64,000 nucleotides of DNA from Haliotis rufescens. Lineage: Eukaryota. The notes beneath the pieces are model-generated. The model had not been told where the DNA came from. It saw nothing but the letters and a program-made list of their open reading frames with translations, and ran no database searches. The stretch is from the NCBI RefSeq assembly GCF_023055435.1, contig NW_025963779.1, positions 12,834,001-12,898,000 of the forward strand. Direction: 5' to 3'. Positions 11,133 through 24,677 of the stretch are shown one piece after another. A program made the translations under genes and the position numbers. Each line of letters opens with the position of its first letter. The first letter of the stretch is position 1.

Positions 11133-12692
11133 CTGAAAAATACATGTCACATGATCATCACTGGGCTGACAAATACATGTCACATGATCATCACTGGACT
11201 GAAAAGTACGTGTCACATGATCATGACCTGGCTGAAAAGTACATATCACATGATCATCACTTGGCTGACAAATACATGTCACATGATCATCACCTGGCTG
11301 AAAAGTACATATCACATGATCATCACTTGGCTGAAAAGTATATGTCACATGATCATCACCTGGCTGAAAAGTACATGTCACATGATCATGACTGAGCTGA
11401 CAAATACATGTCACATGATCATGACTGAGCTGACAAATACATGTCACATGATCATGACTGAGCTGACAAATACATGTCACATGATCATGACCTGGCTGAC
11501 AAATACATGTCACGTGATCATGACTGGGCTGACAAATACATGTCACATGATCATCACTTTGTTGAAAAGTGCATGTCACATGATCATGAATGAGCTGAAA
11601 AGTACATGTCACATGATGCTGAAAAGTACATGTCACATGATCATGACAGCTGAAAAGTACATGTCACATGATCATGACTGGGCTGACAAATACATGTCAC
11701 ATGATCATGACTGGGCTGACAAATACATGTCACATGATCATCACTTTGTTGAAAAGTGCATGTCACATGATCATGAATGAGCTGAAAAGTACATGTCACA
11801 TGATGCTGAAAAGTACATGTCACATGATCATGACAGCTGAAAAGTACATGTCACATGATCATGACTGGGCTGACAAATACATGTCACATGATCATGACTG
11901 GGCTGACAAATACATGTCACATGATCATGACTGGGCTGACAAATACATGTCACATGATCATCACTTTGTTGAAAAGTACATGACACATGATCATGACTGA
12001 GCTGAAAAGTACATGTCACATGATCATGACCTGGCTGAAAAGTACATGTCACATGATCATCACTTGGCTGAAAAGTACGTGTCACATGATCATAAGTGAG
12101 CTGAAAAGTACATATCACATGATCATCACTTGGCTGAAAAGTACATGTCACATGATCATAAGTGAGCTGAAAAGTACATATCACATGATCATCAGTTGGC
12201 TGAAAAGTACATATCACATGATCATCACTTGGCTGAAAAGTACATATCACATGATCATCACTTGGCTGAAAAGTACATATCACATGATCATCACTTGGCT
12301 GAAAAGTACATATCACATGATCATCAACTGGCTGAAAAGTACATGTCACATGATCATCAACTGGCTGAAAAGTACATGTCACATGATCATGACTGAGATG
12401 AAAAGTACATGTCACATGATCATCACTTGGCTGAAAAGTACATGTCACATGATCATCACTTTGTTGAAAAGTACATGTCACGTGATCATGACTTGGCTGA
12501 CAAATACATGTCACATGATCATGATTGAGCTGAAAAGTACATGTCACATGATCATGACTGGGCTGACAAATACATGTCACATGATCATCACTTGGCTGAA
12601 AAGTATGTGTCACATGATCATCACTTGGCTGAAAAGTATGTGTCACATGATCATCACTGAGCTGAAAAATGTATGTCACGTGATCATGACTG
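11124..12692. repeat. 33-bp minisatellite (about 47 copies) overlapping the exon 2 acceptor
   Basis: Unit CTGAGCTGAAAAGTACATGTCACATGATCATGA; internal about 187-bp higher-order duplication near 11520-11900. Confidence 0.97.
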
Positions 12693-13696
12693 ATATCTGT
12701 TACAAGGCTGCATAGAAATGGATTTCTTGATCACACTTTCTTAAACAATTAGGAGGGAGGTAGGACCTTTTCATACTGTTTTTATTTAAATCAAATTGGT
12801 GATGAGGAAGGAACACTTTTGGGAAAATAGACACGCATTGAACTCCTTTATGCAAACAGAAAACACTGTCTGCTTCGTATGACGTGAGAATTTCTATTTT
12901 ATTTCAACATTTCCTTTTTATTGCCCTAAAAATGTATAAAGATTCTACGTCCGTTATTATTATCCCCATAAAATAATTTTCCAAGCATACCTTAAACAGT
13001 GATGGGATGTGAGAATTTGTCGAAAATAAATATTATCATTTCCATAAATTTGGTATCATCATCATCATCATCAGTACGTACATGTAGATGTGTCATTAAT
13101 ATCACAACTACTTAATCATTATTGCATTGATATAGAAATAATATTATAAATATAGGACAATAAAAGTCTTTCCATGAATAATCTCATATGTGTGTGTTTA
13201 TCAGTAACCTAAACTGTTGACTACAAGTGATACAGCCGACATGGCCCAGTTCTCTCGCAACACGTTACCAAAAATAGACACGGACGTCCCAATACAAGAA
13301 TAGAATTGAACAAACTAAACACTGAATACATTTTCATTAAACAGGATGATGATAAAGAGTAACGGCTGTATGTCAATGTTATACTACTGCACGAGAAATG
13401 TTTCAATGGCTGACGGATGGGTTGCGACAAGATCGGTCCGGACACACCAAGCCGTTCTATTATACACATGTACACATACTGTACGCGGTCAAGGTCACAT
13501 TCTCGTCTGTCTGTCGGTTACTCTTGTACTCAGAGAGTTAACAAATACATTTCACCCACGTCCACGATAATGTTCACGTTCAGCTAAAAGACGCGTGATT
13601 TACCAGTTAGACACGATCGTTCGGAATGCGGTCGTCCCTATTTTCAAGCATGCCGATCGATATCTAATCTAGAGTTTACCTGTACAAACAACTCAC

Positions 13697-13757
13697 CTGT
13701 AACTGTTGTCGTTGTGAACAGCAGAAACAAGGTGAGATGCACATATCTCGCCATCAT
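13697..13757 (-). CDS. CUB protein exon 1 (signal peptide)
   Basis: MMARYVHLTLFLLFTTTTVT then ACAG|gtgagt, phase 1. Confidence 0.75.
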
Positions 13758-14118
13758 GAAAACAGCAGATGTTGGATGTTGGCGGTACAGGTGACGAGGA
13801 GTGGCACAGGTTGGCACAGTCGGTGACGAGGAATGGTAGATATTAGTTACCCGACCAGTCTATGGGATCAGTGGTCGTGACGACCTCACAGTGCGTTCAT
13901 GTGCACCGAGAACGGTACATCGTATTTCCCTGCTTTACGACACCGCTGATTCGCTAGACCTGTTTAGTGCTTGCTCGGTTCTGCTCTGGTTGCGATGATC
14001 CCGTGTTTTATAAAAGTCGAACGGCTAACACTGTAAGCTATACTCTGAAGAGTGTAAAAGATGCGTTTCACTTTAGGTTCATAAAATACACCTGGAAAAA
14101 GCTAACCACCATATAAAA

Positions 14119-14485
14119 TACCGACGTATATACAATATACAATATTCGACGTAATAAGCGCCCAGGGCGCTCTCAAAATTAGAAATAAGGGGCTCTTATT
14201 AGAATATTATTTTGGTGGAAAAAAGAGAGTTGAAAGATAAATTTCGTTGTTTATGCTGACACACTGAAATGTTTATATGAGACAGATACATTTTCCCAGA
14301 ATTTAATTGCCCAAAATTAAGAATGCATATAACACACGAGTGCGTATTATACGCGAAGAAATAAGTCTTGTGTACATTGATCAATCCGAAGGATTGCTAA
14401 TTGGGATTGTTCACTAGCCAATATATTAGTAAATATCGCCGTGGGCGCTTATTAGAGCGGGGCGCTTATTACGTCGAATACGGTA
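14119..14485. mobile_element. Tc1/mariner-pogo type MITE upstream of CUB gene
   Basis: TATTCGACGTAATAAGCGCCC and reverse complement GGGCGCTTATTACGTCGAATACGGTA. Confidence 0.7.
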
Positions 14486-17155
14486 ACCATTTTAAAAAAT
14501 CTTATCCTGTATTAATATCCTGACGAAACACATCTTTTTGTATGCCAAATGAATTACAGAAACGAAACCTATTATCTCATGACATGATTTGCATGAGCTC
14601 AGTGGAGATACTTATCCGACTACCATTTTATTTGCTTCCTGTATTTATTTGCATCATAACCTATGCTGGTCGTAAGAGGGTCCAAATAGATGGAGTGTTT
14701 AGTCCTGGTGACTTGGTTGATGATAGCATGACAATGAACTATATCAATCACTGGATTGTCTGGTCCAGACTCGGCTATTTACAGATCGCCATCACCAATA
14801 TAACTGGGATACTGCTGAGTGTGGCAGGCTCGCTGACTTGGTTGATGCATGTCATTGTATCTCAATTGCATAGATCGATGCTCATGATATCAATCACTGG
14901 ATTGTCTGGTCCAGACTCAATAATTTACAGACCTCCGTCATATAGCTGGAATATTGATGAGTGCAGTGTTAAACAACAAACAAACAAATCAAAACCAATT
15001 TCAAATATCAAACTGACAACTTAACCATAACTTCACAACATATTTTATTAAAACTTTCCTGGACACTCTCACCAAATCATGGCCAGTTTTCATAACCATT
15101 CAGACACCTACCACTAGAGAATGTCAACACATGTAATGTAATGACTTAAGTTTAATTCCCAGCAACACATTTCTCATTAATAACAAACATAAGATCAATC
15201 TGTATGTATATATTACAAAACATATACATGTCAGCCATTTAGGTTCAGAGAAATATCACAAACAGGTAGGAATAATTCAAAGGAATTGTGTCAAACACAC
15301 TGCAATTTGTTTGATAGGCATTACTTAGAAGTTGACAGATGACAAGGTAGACACAATTTTATTGATAACAACTTCTTTAACACTGTAAAAAGCGACTGTC
15401 TTGCTTGACAATGGCATAAGGATCTATACTTTTTACAGTACTAAAGAAGTTGTTATCCATAAAATTGTGTCTACCTTAACACTGCAATTTGTGATTAAAC
15501 CTGCTGAACACTAACATTTCACCCTCAGGCGGGGATGCACCATTCATGATTTGATTACACATCAAATACATTCATACATACTCTTCATCAGGGCTGAACA
15601 ACAAAAATTACACTGAGCCCAGATTAAGCATATTTCAAAAGACTTGACAACAATTCCACTGTAAAATATGCATCAGTCCACACAATAGCACTGTCATCAG
15701 CATGATCAGCAATATGTGCATGCCATCAAGGTACTCTGAAACCTTGAAACTTTCAAAATAAATATTTTATCTAAGGGGAGTTATTTACATATATACAAAA
15801 CTGACAAATATTGTTCTAAGATACTGGTCATGTTTTAATGCTTGCATCTTTTGTTCATAAAAGTCATAAAAAGTGTCATTATTTAAAAGTGGCATTATTT
15901 TATTTTTAGCTGTCGCGTCTGGACCAGACAATACAGTGATTGACATCATGAGCATCAATCCACACAATTGGGATACGATGACATACATCAACCAAGTCAG
16001 CGAGCCTGACGGCCCAGTCCTGATAGTCCCCTCTTACGACAAGTATAGTCACCTTTTACAGCGACTAACAGGATCCGGTGGTCAGTCCCGCTGACTTGGC
16101 TCATGCACGTCATCGTATCCCAATTGCGTGGATCGACGCTTATGATGTCAATCACTGGATTGTCTGGTCCACTCGATTATTTACAGACCGCCGTCATATA
16201 GCTGAAATATTGCTGAGTGCGGCGTTAAACAACTAACAAACAAACAAAGGAGTTGTCAGAAAAATAGCTTCAATACTCATATAAGGCTGTAAGGCAAGAC
16301 CCATTTACTTAATAGTTGTACAAATCAAACATTTCCAAAAATATATTTGAAAAATTCTTTAACAGGAAATACTAACTGTGCCTAGTCACTTTTATCTCTG
16401 TTTGACTGTGCTCGTTCTCTCGCACTTGCACCAGCAATGACTTCACTTGAAGTGAAAAGACAGCACTATTTCCATAAAACATTAACCCCATAGAGGCGAG
16501 TGTTAATTGTAAGCAAGAACACATGGTAACAATAACAATGTGTTCATGTACAAGCAGTCATTAATCGGTCATTACTTTTATATTTCAAAAGTGATTTTAT
16601 GTTAATTTCTTTCTTCCTGTTTTCGGGGATTTTAGGAATAAAAATATGTTTATCTACGCCAAAAAGAATGTCATGTCCTTTCAGTTCTTCAAGGACTTAT
16701 AATGTTCTCTGGTGACACTACTTCTACACCAAACAATACTGTGAGTCATCTCCCACACTGAATGAGAAGTTGTGGGATTATTTCAAGTCCAACTTGATAA
16801 AAGTCCCCACCAAAAAAGGCATTACTTCACCACTTGGTTGAAACCTATCCAAATGATTGTGAAAAAATTTGAACTGATGTTGAATTCGGAAACAAAAAGA
16901 TGCTGATCACTGTACCAGCAGCTGTATAATACGGTGATATTGCATGAGGTGACACTTTTTTCTAATTCTATTAATGGATTTGACCAACTGGAGCCACACC
17001 CAGAAAGAACATTATATTTTCACAACTCTTTGATTTATTGGAAAAAGAACAATATACCATCACACAATTCATACAAAGTAAAGTAACAATTAACTTTTCT
17101 CATAATAATTGGTCAGATTCATTGTATGTAGTCTCTGACCACTACAAACCTCTTG

Positions 17156-17431
17156 AGTGAGTGAGTTGAGTTTGGTTTAACGCCACTTTTAACATTATTC
17201 CAGTTATATCGCGGCATGTCAGCTTAATGTGGGAGGAAAGCCAGATGTGATGCAGTTCTCAGACCCCTTCAGTGAAACCCACGAGCACGGGTATAGTGCT
17301 AACAAACCTAGAAACATAATCGGGGCGAACCGGGATTCGAACCCACAATCATAGGTTTCTGGTGTGCCCAAGGGATGTAACTCTGCACAGCGAATCGGGG
17401 CGCCTTAGATGACTGGGCCACCCGTACCCCC
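17156..17431 (-). mobile_element. SINE family A
   Basis: 15-bp TSD CTACAAACCTCTTGA. Confidence 0.92.
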
Positions 17432-20400
17432 TACAAACCTCTTGAAAAAGAGAAAAAAAGCCTTCTCAAAACGATATACTTACTTGATAGTATAAACATA
17501 AATAAAACCCTGTACGTTACACAGTATTGACACTTAACCTGTGGCCCAATGAACATACTGTTTCCTTATGACTTTCAACCTCCTACCGCAACACATAACA
17601 ACATTCTGTGCAAGGTATTCATGGGTTTGTGAAGACAAACGCATCTAATATTGACTTCTTAAACTAAATCTACAGATGTTTATGCATAATATATGACCAG
17701 TTCCTGAACATGCAAAAGAATATTGATTTAAATGTCAGCGAGGACAAATGTACTTATCTGTATTAACAACATAGAAAGGGAGGTAACTGCAATCCTGGAT
17801 GGGAGAAACAGAGAAGGTGGCGTGTGTCAGGGTGTTACTGAGCCCAGCAGTATTTCAGCTTTACTGTGGCATGAATAGCATTTACAGCGGAATTAAATGC
17901 CCCGAGTGTTACAATATATTTCCTTTGAGCATTTTATTTTTTGTTACTTGGCTTACACATCCAACACAAAAAAATCAGGGAAATGTAAACACAAATAATT
18001 CCATTTTAAAGCCTTTTTAAGTAACCCTGAGGCTGAGAATCTTGTTTATGAATATAAATGCAACTTGTTTCATGTCTTGACAGACAGGTGGTGCATACTT
18101 ATTGACCAAACATTGTTTGCTCAAATACCATTTATAGGTCCACAGCTAATAATTACACCAACAAATATTCTTGTTACATTACAAAAAAATGTCAAAAGAA
18201 AATATGTAATGTATATTAAAGGTGCAAATTCACATTTTCAAGTATTCTCAAATGTTCACAAATAACTTGACATCTTGATTTATGACATCAATCAATTTCT
18301 GAGAATGTTGAGCTTGACTTACTGTAAACATACTATAAGCATCGCTTTCAGCAAAGTTCACAGAAAGCAAATGCAATTTCAATTTTTCATCTCACACAAA
18401 CTTGGAACAAATTATATTCCTGTACAATTAGAAACAAGTCCAGTCCACACACTCCGAAAAAATTGATGCCGGATATCGTAATTAGCAATCTTCAGCTCCA
18501 GAAAATTTCCCCAAAATAGTTTTGTGAAATACTACAATCCTTGCAACACAATCATTCCATGAAACAATTAGCAAAGAATTTACCTTACATTTTCCTATTA
18601 TCAACATCATGATCATAGTGATCACAGCAGTAGTGATTCATGTTACTCATTTGGATAAATACTGCATGCTGTGTTGATAAGCAGAAGTACAGATATAATT
18701 ATGTGATAGAGTTTATAGTTTGATAATATTATTCTTATTAACCACATTTGCTTTGAAGCTATGGTAATATTTGTACTTTAACATGCTCGAGATGATAATT
18801 TCATTTGTCACGAACTTCAATACACTGTCATTATCACAACAATCCCCATCTCTACAACATTATAACAAAACAAAGATATTGTCAGAAGTTTCTCCCAATC
18901 CAACACAAGTCAATACAGCTATTAATGAGGATCCCTGCCCAAAACGGTCATAATTCTGACAAATTCTTGTACGCGTCACTTTCTAATTTCTCCCCATATG
19001 TTGAAGTTGAAAACTTTTGACTTCTGTCATTGCTGTTTTGTTTGCTGTTAAACAGCGCACTCAGCAATATTCCAGCTATATGACGGCGGACCAAACAATC
19101 TAGTGACTGATATCACATGAGCATCCATGCCTATGGGGATACGTGGACACAAATTCGACCAAGTCACTGAGGCTACCTGACCACCTGATCCACTTAATCG
19201 CCTCTTACAACCAGCATAGGTTACAGGGGATCACCCGAAATCTCACCAGAGATACCCACTAATATCATCCTGTCATTGAACAGAATAGTATGGCCAACAG
19301 TGATAGCCACAGTTCAATAATTATGATGAAACAAATACAATCATATGAAAGCTGTTTGATACAATCAGAACCAGCAGTGTGTGTTCCCTTACAAGAAGGA
19401 TCCTCTAAACTTTGCTGCAAACAACTTAAATGATATTGGTGAACTGTCAATGTGAAGGCTTGTGTGGCATAAGCCTAGGTCCGACTTCATCTACAAGGAG
19501 CTGAGAAATGGGATCAAACCTCGAGTCAAAATACCATATAAATAATCTCACTACCAGCTACAGACATATAAATATTATACTCTGGCCTTTCATACGTAAT
19601 GAGACATGTGAAGATTAAATCATATGTAATGAAACTTTAAACAAGGGCATGAAGACTAAAACAAAACGTCACCAATACTTCACGTGTTTGTATGTATACA
19701 CTACATTCCACCACACAGTTGATCTGAGGAACAAAAGGAAATTTACCAATTATGCAATTTTGAGTTTTATTTCAAGTTCTAGTCCTGCCTGACATGTTTG
19801 ATGAGTACAGAAGGGAAATCCAAACATACTTTATTATTCAGGCAACATAATTATGTCGCCAGGTTGGATGTCCATTTGAATGTGAATCCAGGTGCCCCGC
19901 CATGGGGCAAAATCAGTCTCTGCAAATTCATTGAAGTCTTCCAACTGAAATTCAAATCTGCCATCAGTACGTCTGTGGTCAATCTTATCTTTCTTGATGG
20001 TGCTCATAGCCGTTTTCAATAATACATAAATCTCATTGACCAATCAAGTGGTCAACCTAATGTTTTGTCATGTGTCAAAGTGTCCGAACATGTGTCAGTC
20101 TTTGGGTCCCGCTTGGTATTTATATCACATTTCCATGTGGTATTTATACACCAAATAGTGTCAAGACATTTGACAATACCAGTTTCCTATCAGGTGTCCA
20201 GTCTGGTATTTCTACCAGTACCCCTTGACCATGTCCAATCTGGTGTCCATACCAGTTATAAATCAGGTGTCCATCAAGGTGTCTAGTCTGGTATTTCTAC
20301 CAGTTATCCTCCAGGTGTCGGGTCATGTAACAATGCACATTTTCAATCAGGTGTCAACTGAGTTGGTATGACTGGTGGTTGGTTATACCAGGTGTTGGTC

Positions 20401-20521
20401 AAGGTGTCCAGCCCTGTGTCTGGAGTTCACACATCCGAGTCCCTGTCAGGGATATAGGTCATCTGACAGTGGTGTTAATCAAGGAATGCTGCAAGTGCTG
20501 CCGGTCAGAGTGAGAGTTGCT

Positions 20522-20586
20522 CTATCTTTTCAGTTTCTTGATCATCTTCATTGTCTTCTGCATCATCGGTGCCACTCTCCTTATCG
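20522..20586 (-). CDS. ELOA: Elongin A exon 12 (last)
   Basis: ttacag|CG; PIRRVAPMMQKTMKMIKKLKR*. Confidence 0.9.
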
Positions 20587-21182
20587 CTGTAACATCAAAC
20601 AAGAACAAGAAGATCACATGCCTGGCTGTTATTTACCTGATTCAATGTTCAGATGCCAACCCTAACAGTTTTATCAACCTCATCATTCTTAGGGACGGAC
20701 CATTTAGAATTTCGGGGTGGGGCGTGGGGGGCTGAGGGGGATTTGTGTTTGAGACAGAACATATTGTCAATGTCACGCTCCAAGACAGTTTTGTTAGGAC
20801 CCACAGGACATTACAGTATTTTTCAACAACATCCATCATGTTCAGTGAACAATTTATTTACTTTTGTCAAATTTGAGAACAAATCAATTTTGGGGGGCAA
20901 AAAAAATCCCAGTTTCCGAATAAGAATATCATATTGTTGTCGCCTTCTGAACACCACACCTAACATTTGGAATTTGGAATCTAGAGGAATGACATGGTAG
21001 TAGGGAGACAACCCAAAGTATCGTCTGAATTCATTCCAAAGGTTTGTTGTTTTGGGCTGCCCCAGTCTTATCATGGCTGCCTGTAAATAATCAAGTCCCG
21101 GCAAGACAAACTCAGTATTTCATGCAAATTTCTATGGTAATAAGCTTAAATACAAAGGTATAAAACATTTGAACAATGAAAA

Positions 21183-21457
21183 GTGAGTGACTGAGTGAGT
21201 TGGGTTTAACGCCACTTTTAACAATATTCCAGTTATATCACAGCGTGTCAGCTTAATGTGGGAGGAAAGCCTGAAGTGATCCCGGTCTCAGACGTTTACC
21301 ACTTAGGTGAAACCCACGAGCACGGGTATGGTGCTGACAAACCTATCGGCGCGAACCAGGATTCGAATCCACAATCATAGGTTTCTGGCATGCCCAAGGG
21401 AAGAAGCTCTGCACAGCAAATCACGGCGCCTTAGACGACTGGGCCACCCATGCCCCC
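21183..21457 (-). mobile_element. SINE family A
   Basis: Family A sequence with tail. Confidence 0.88.
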
Positions 21458-22339
21458 AGCAATGATGACAAAAGACAGAGAATATGTGATCACATAAACT
21501 CTATTGAGGAATACCCACTTGATATGATAACTAGCAATCCATAGTCAATCAATCAATGAAAGAATACTTTACCACACAGTTACATGTACAGTCTTTCATC
21601 AAGTCAGTTCAATCTTATAATATGGTTGTTCTGTTAAGAGAATATAACTCAAAGGCAATGACCTGAAAATATTGATGACAAAAAATCATCCTTGTACTTG
21701 TGTTAGAAAGTCTTCTATAAGCGTTTTAAAATCTTCATATTCCTGCTGAAGTAAACAACACATTCTCAAGTTCATTGAATACACTGGAGCATGTGGGGTG
21801 AGTGAGTGAATGAGTTGAACTCTGCTGTGCACAGTATTTCCATGAAGTGTATCACCTTCATGCAGACTCTTACAACTGTAATGCGACCCGTGAAGATTCG
21901 GGGTTGAATAGATCTTTAGCAACCCATGCTTGCCGTAACAGGCAACTATGCTTGTCGTAAGAGGGAACTAGTAGGATCCAGTGGTCAGACTCGCTGACTT
22001 GGTTGATGCATGTCATTGATCCCAACTGTGTGGATCGATGCTCATGATGTCAATCACTGGATTGTCTGGTCCAGACTTGATTATATACAGACCGCCGTCA
22101 TATAGCTGGAATAATGCTGAGTGCGGCGTTAAACAACAAATAAACAAACAAACAAAAACAACTGTAATGCACGGACCCCTTCCAAAACGCGATAATAGCG
22201 CTAAGGTGATTGTAAGTCTCATACTTCAACATAGACTTACAACACTTGTAGCGCTATGATCACTTTGTGTAATGGGCCCTGGATTCTAAAGTGTTCTCAT
22301 CCCACTAAGCCCTTCGAACCAAACACAGTTAGGACTTAC

Positions 22340-22519
22340 GTTTCGAAGGAGGCACAGGCCGAGTAGCAACCGGGGCTTTAGAGCGGGACCAGCACATATC
22401 AACGTTGCCCTTGTTCGGCGCCGTGGAGATGGTGGCAGTCCCGTACTTCTGCTGCATGCGCTTGACTTCTCTGGGCGGCTTCGCCACGCTGTCCACATAC
22501 GCCAGCTTCACCTTCTTGG
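22340..22519 (-). CDS. ELOA: Elongin A exon 11
   Basis: AKKVKLAYVDSVAKPPREVKRMQQKYGT...; ttccag| and |gtaagt. Confidence 0.92.
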
Positions 22520-23062
22520 CTGGAACACACAGATGGCATACTCTTGTAGTTTATCATTGATCAGTGGCCACAACCTGTTCACAAGTTATTCCCTTTTTAC
22601 CTATGCACAGTCCAATCGAAATTACAAGTTATTCCCTTGTTATCTATGTACAGTCCAATCAAAATCATGCAACAAACTAGACCTCCAGTTTGTAAACATC
22701 ATGGATTTCAACGTGCAGATTCAGTTGACTGCAGGATTTGCAAAGCATTTGTACCCTCAACTGGGCCTTGACAGCTGGTTTCCAAATCTTTACATGTTTT
22801 TAATCAAGGTGCTCAAGTGATTTAATCCACTTCGCGAGGTAAGACCTGTTTTATTGCAACATAGATCTTGATTATGGATCTGATCATCTTGACTTGGTTT
22901 GAAGTGAGAGGTGGACTCTGATTGGTCAATAAGGAGGGACATAGAAGCGATTTAAATCATAATAGCCACTGGTGACGCTACGATTGAGCCACGAAATTCC
23001 TGCCAAGTTCGGCAAGGGAAGAAACTGGACTTAAATAGATGCCTCAAGAAGATGGTGCTTAA

Positions 23063-23714
23063 AGGGCAAGTTCACACGGAAATGAACCTATTTTTCTTGT
23101 ACTTTTTCCACATTAAAAGTGTTAACCTAGAAGTGTCATAGACAAAAATATAAAAATATCACTAATAATTGACATATTTTTTGCATTAAAATGATTTATA
23201 TTTTTCACATTTACCAAGTGTTCTATTTCCATAACAAAAACACCATGGCTTATGCCCCTTACAATATGATGTCATTGGTGCCAATTGATAAACATTATGA
23301 CGTCATCATGCTTTGTTAGAGCTGCTTCACGTGGTGTAGGTACAGGTGTGTGATTCTAGCGTCTCAGATGCCAGCAAGCATAGTGTTATGCTGAGTCACC
23401 ACTGCGCCGGAGTGTGTCGTAGGCCATGTTGTTTTACCACTAAAAGGTACTTGATATCTTTTGCGTTGAGAATAGACAGGGACCCAGTTGAATTGGCACC
23501 AATTACGTCATAATCTAAGGGGGATAACTCAGGCCTGTTTAGCTCGAAAAACGAAGGCCTCATAACGGCATATCATTTTCACACTATTGTGAGCTTCCTA
23601 CTTTCACTGTGAAAAAAATGAGTGTATATTTTCAAACACAGATACTAACTAATTCTAAAATTGCGTTTTGTTTAGAAAAAGATAGAAAATGATTTTTGTG
23701 TGTACACTTCCCCT
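23063..23714. mobile_element. Non-autonomous Kolobok-like DNA transposon
   Basis: TTAA on both sides; imperfect TIRs AGGGCAAGTTCACAC / AGGGGAAGTGTACAC. Confidence 0.65.
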
Positions 23715-23765
23715 TTAACACATTTCTACACTTCATACAAGAGTTGCCTCCCTTGAACAGCCAAC

Positions 23766-23847
23766 CTGTTGTATCCAGTTTCTTGACAGTTTTAGACATG
23801 CGTCCCTTCAGTCTTTCGTACTTTGCTTCCCTTTCATCCAGCAAACG
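23766..23847 (-). CDS. ELOA: Elongin A exon 10
   Basis: RLLDEREAKYERLKGRMSKTVKKLDTT; tttcag| and |gttggc. Confidence 0.88.
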
Positions 23848-24571
23848 CTGAAAGCAAAACAACAAGGACTCAATAATAACTCAAAATTACAACAATAACA
23901 ACAACAACAACAATCACAATAGGCGTAAATGACTTGAAACCAAACCACAAGGGTGCGGACAGGTCCAGGAACAGTCTGGGCATATCAGGGACTAGGACCA
24001 ATAATCAGCTGATCCAAGCATGGCAAAATGGTCAACCATGCACACAGAGATGCAGTGTCTCAGACTACTCAGGTTTCAAACCCTGATGACAAATATTGTT
24101 TAAATAAAGCCTTACATATTTTTGGCTTGGTTTACAGATTCACGGGAAAATATACAATCAGAATGACAAGGGATATTATATACCACAGACAGTAAAGATC
24201 ACCTTGACAATAATAATCTAAGCGATTTTTATGTAAACAAAACAGAATTTTTGAAACGATAAATCATCATTACAAAACAGATTTTAGATTTATAATATCT
24301 ATAAGGGCCCAAACAAGGACAAGAATTCATTTTTCTTATAAAATACCAATTCTTATCTAACTGTAAGATCATAAAAAATTCTGAACAATGGACCATTTTT
24401 TCCACCCAATTTTTCACAATCAACATCCCTAAAAATCTGGCCTTGCACATGACAGGTATGTTGCTGATGAACCAGTGAGCATTGTCTGGGACATGTATTT
24501 GCATCCAGTATCATAGGATTATGGCACATCAACATGTAACACTTTGCCACTGCCTCTCTGACCCCACGTAC

Positions 24572-24673
24572 CAGGTACATCTCCCTCCATGTCTCCATCT
24601 CCTCCGGTCCCTCCTTCCGAAAGTCTCTCTCACAGTGCTTGTGCCACAGGTCGTCCGTATCCTCCAGAAAATG
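24572..24673 (-). CDS. ELOA: Elongin A exon 9
   Basis: [34 protein letters not shown]. Confidence 0.95.
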
Positions 24674-24677
24674 CTGA

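Larger units (their letters stand above)
1152..13757 (-). other. Multi-CUB-domain secreted/cell-surface protein gene, 8 coding exons visible, 3' end outside window
   Basis: Signal-peptide exon followed by phase-compatible exons (1-2, 2-1, 1-1 triplets) with CUB motifs: C, GYP, CxWxI/V, VxLxF, C..DG, CG, S..N.L.V, F.L.Y. Confidence 0.8.

Noticed and set aside
11115-12715. His/Cys-rich repetitive ORFs (HDHVTCTFQ.., STCHMIIT..) as a metal-binding protein
   Set aside because: By-product of a 33-bp unit; open on both strands, broken by frameshifts, inside an intron and not in the exon 2 frame.
14542-15024. 160-aa ORF and other ORFs containing ITGLSGPD..YRPPSYSWN
   Set aside because: Translations of repeat family B.
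20823-21104. Alternative Elongin A last exon
   Set aside because: No similarity to the conserved C-terminus; 20586-20522 supplies APMMxKT in the right phase.
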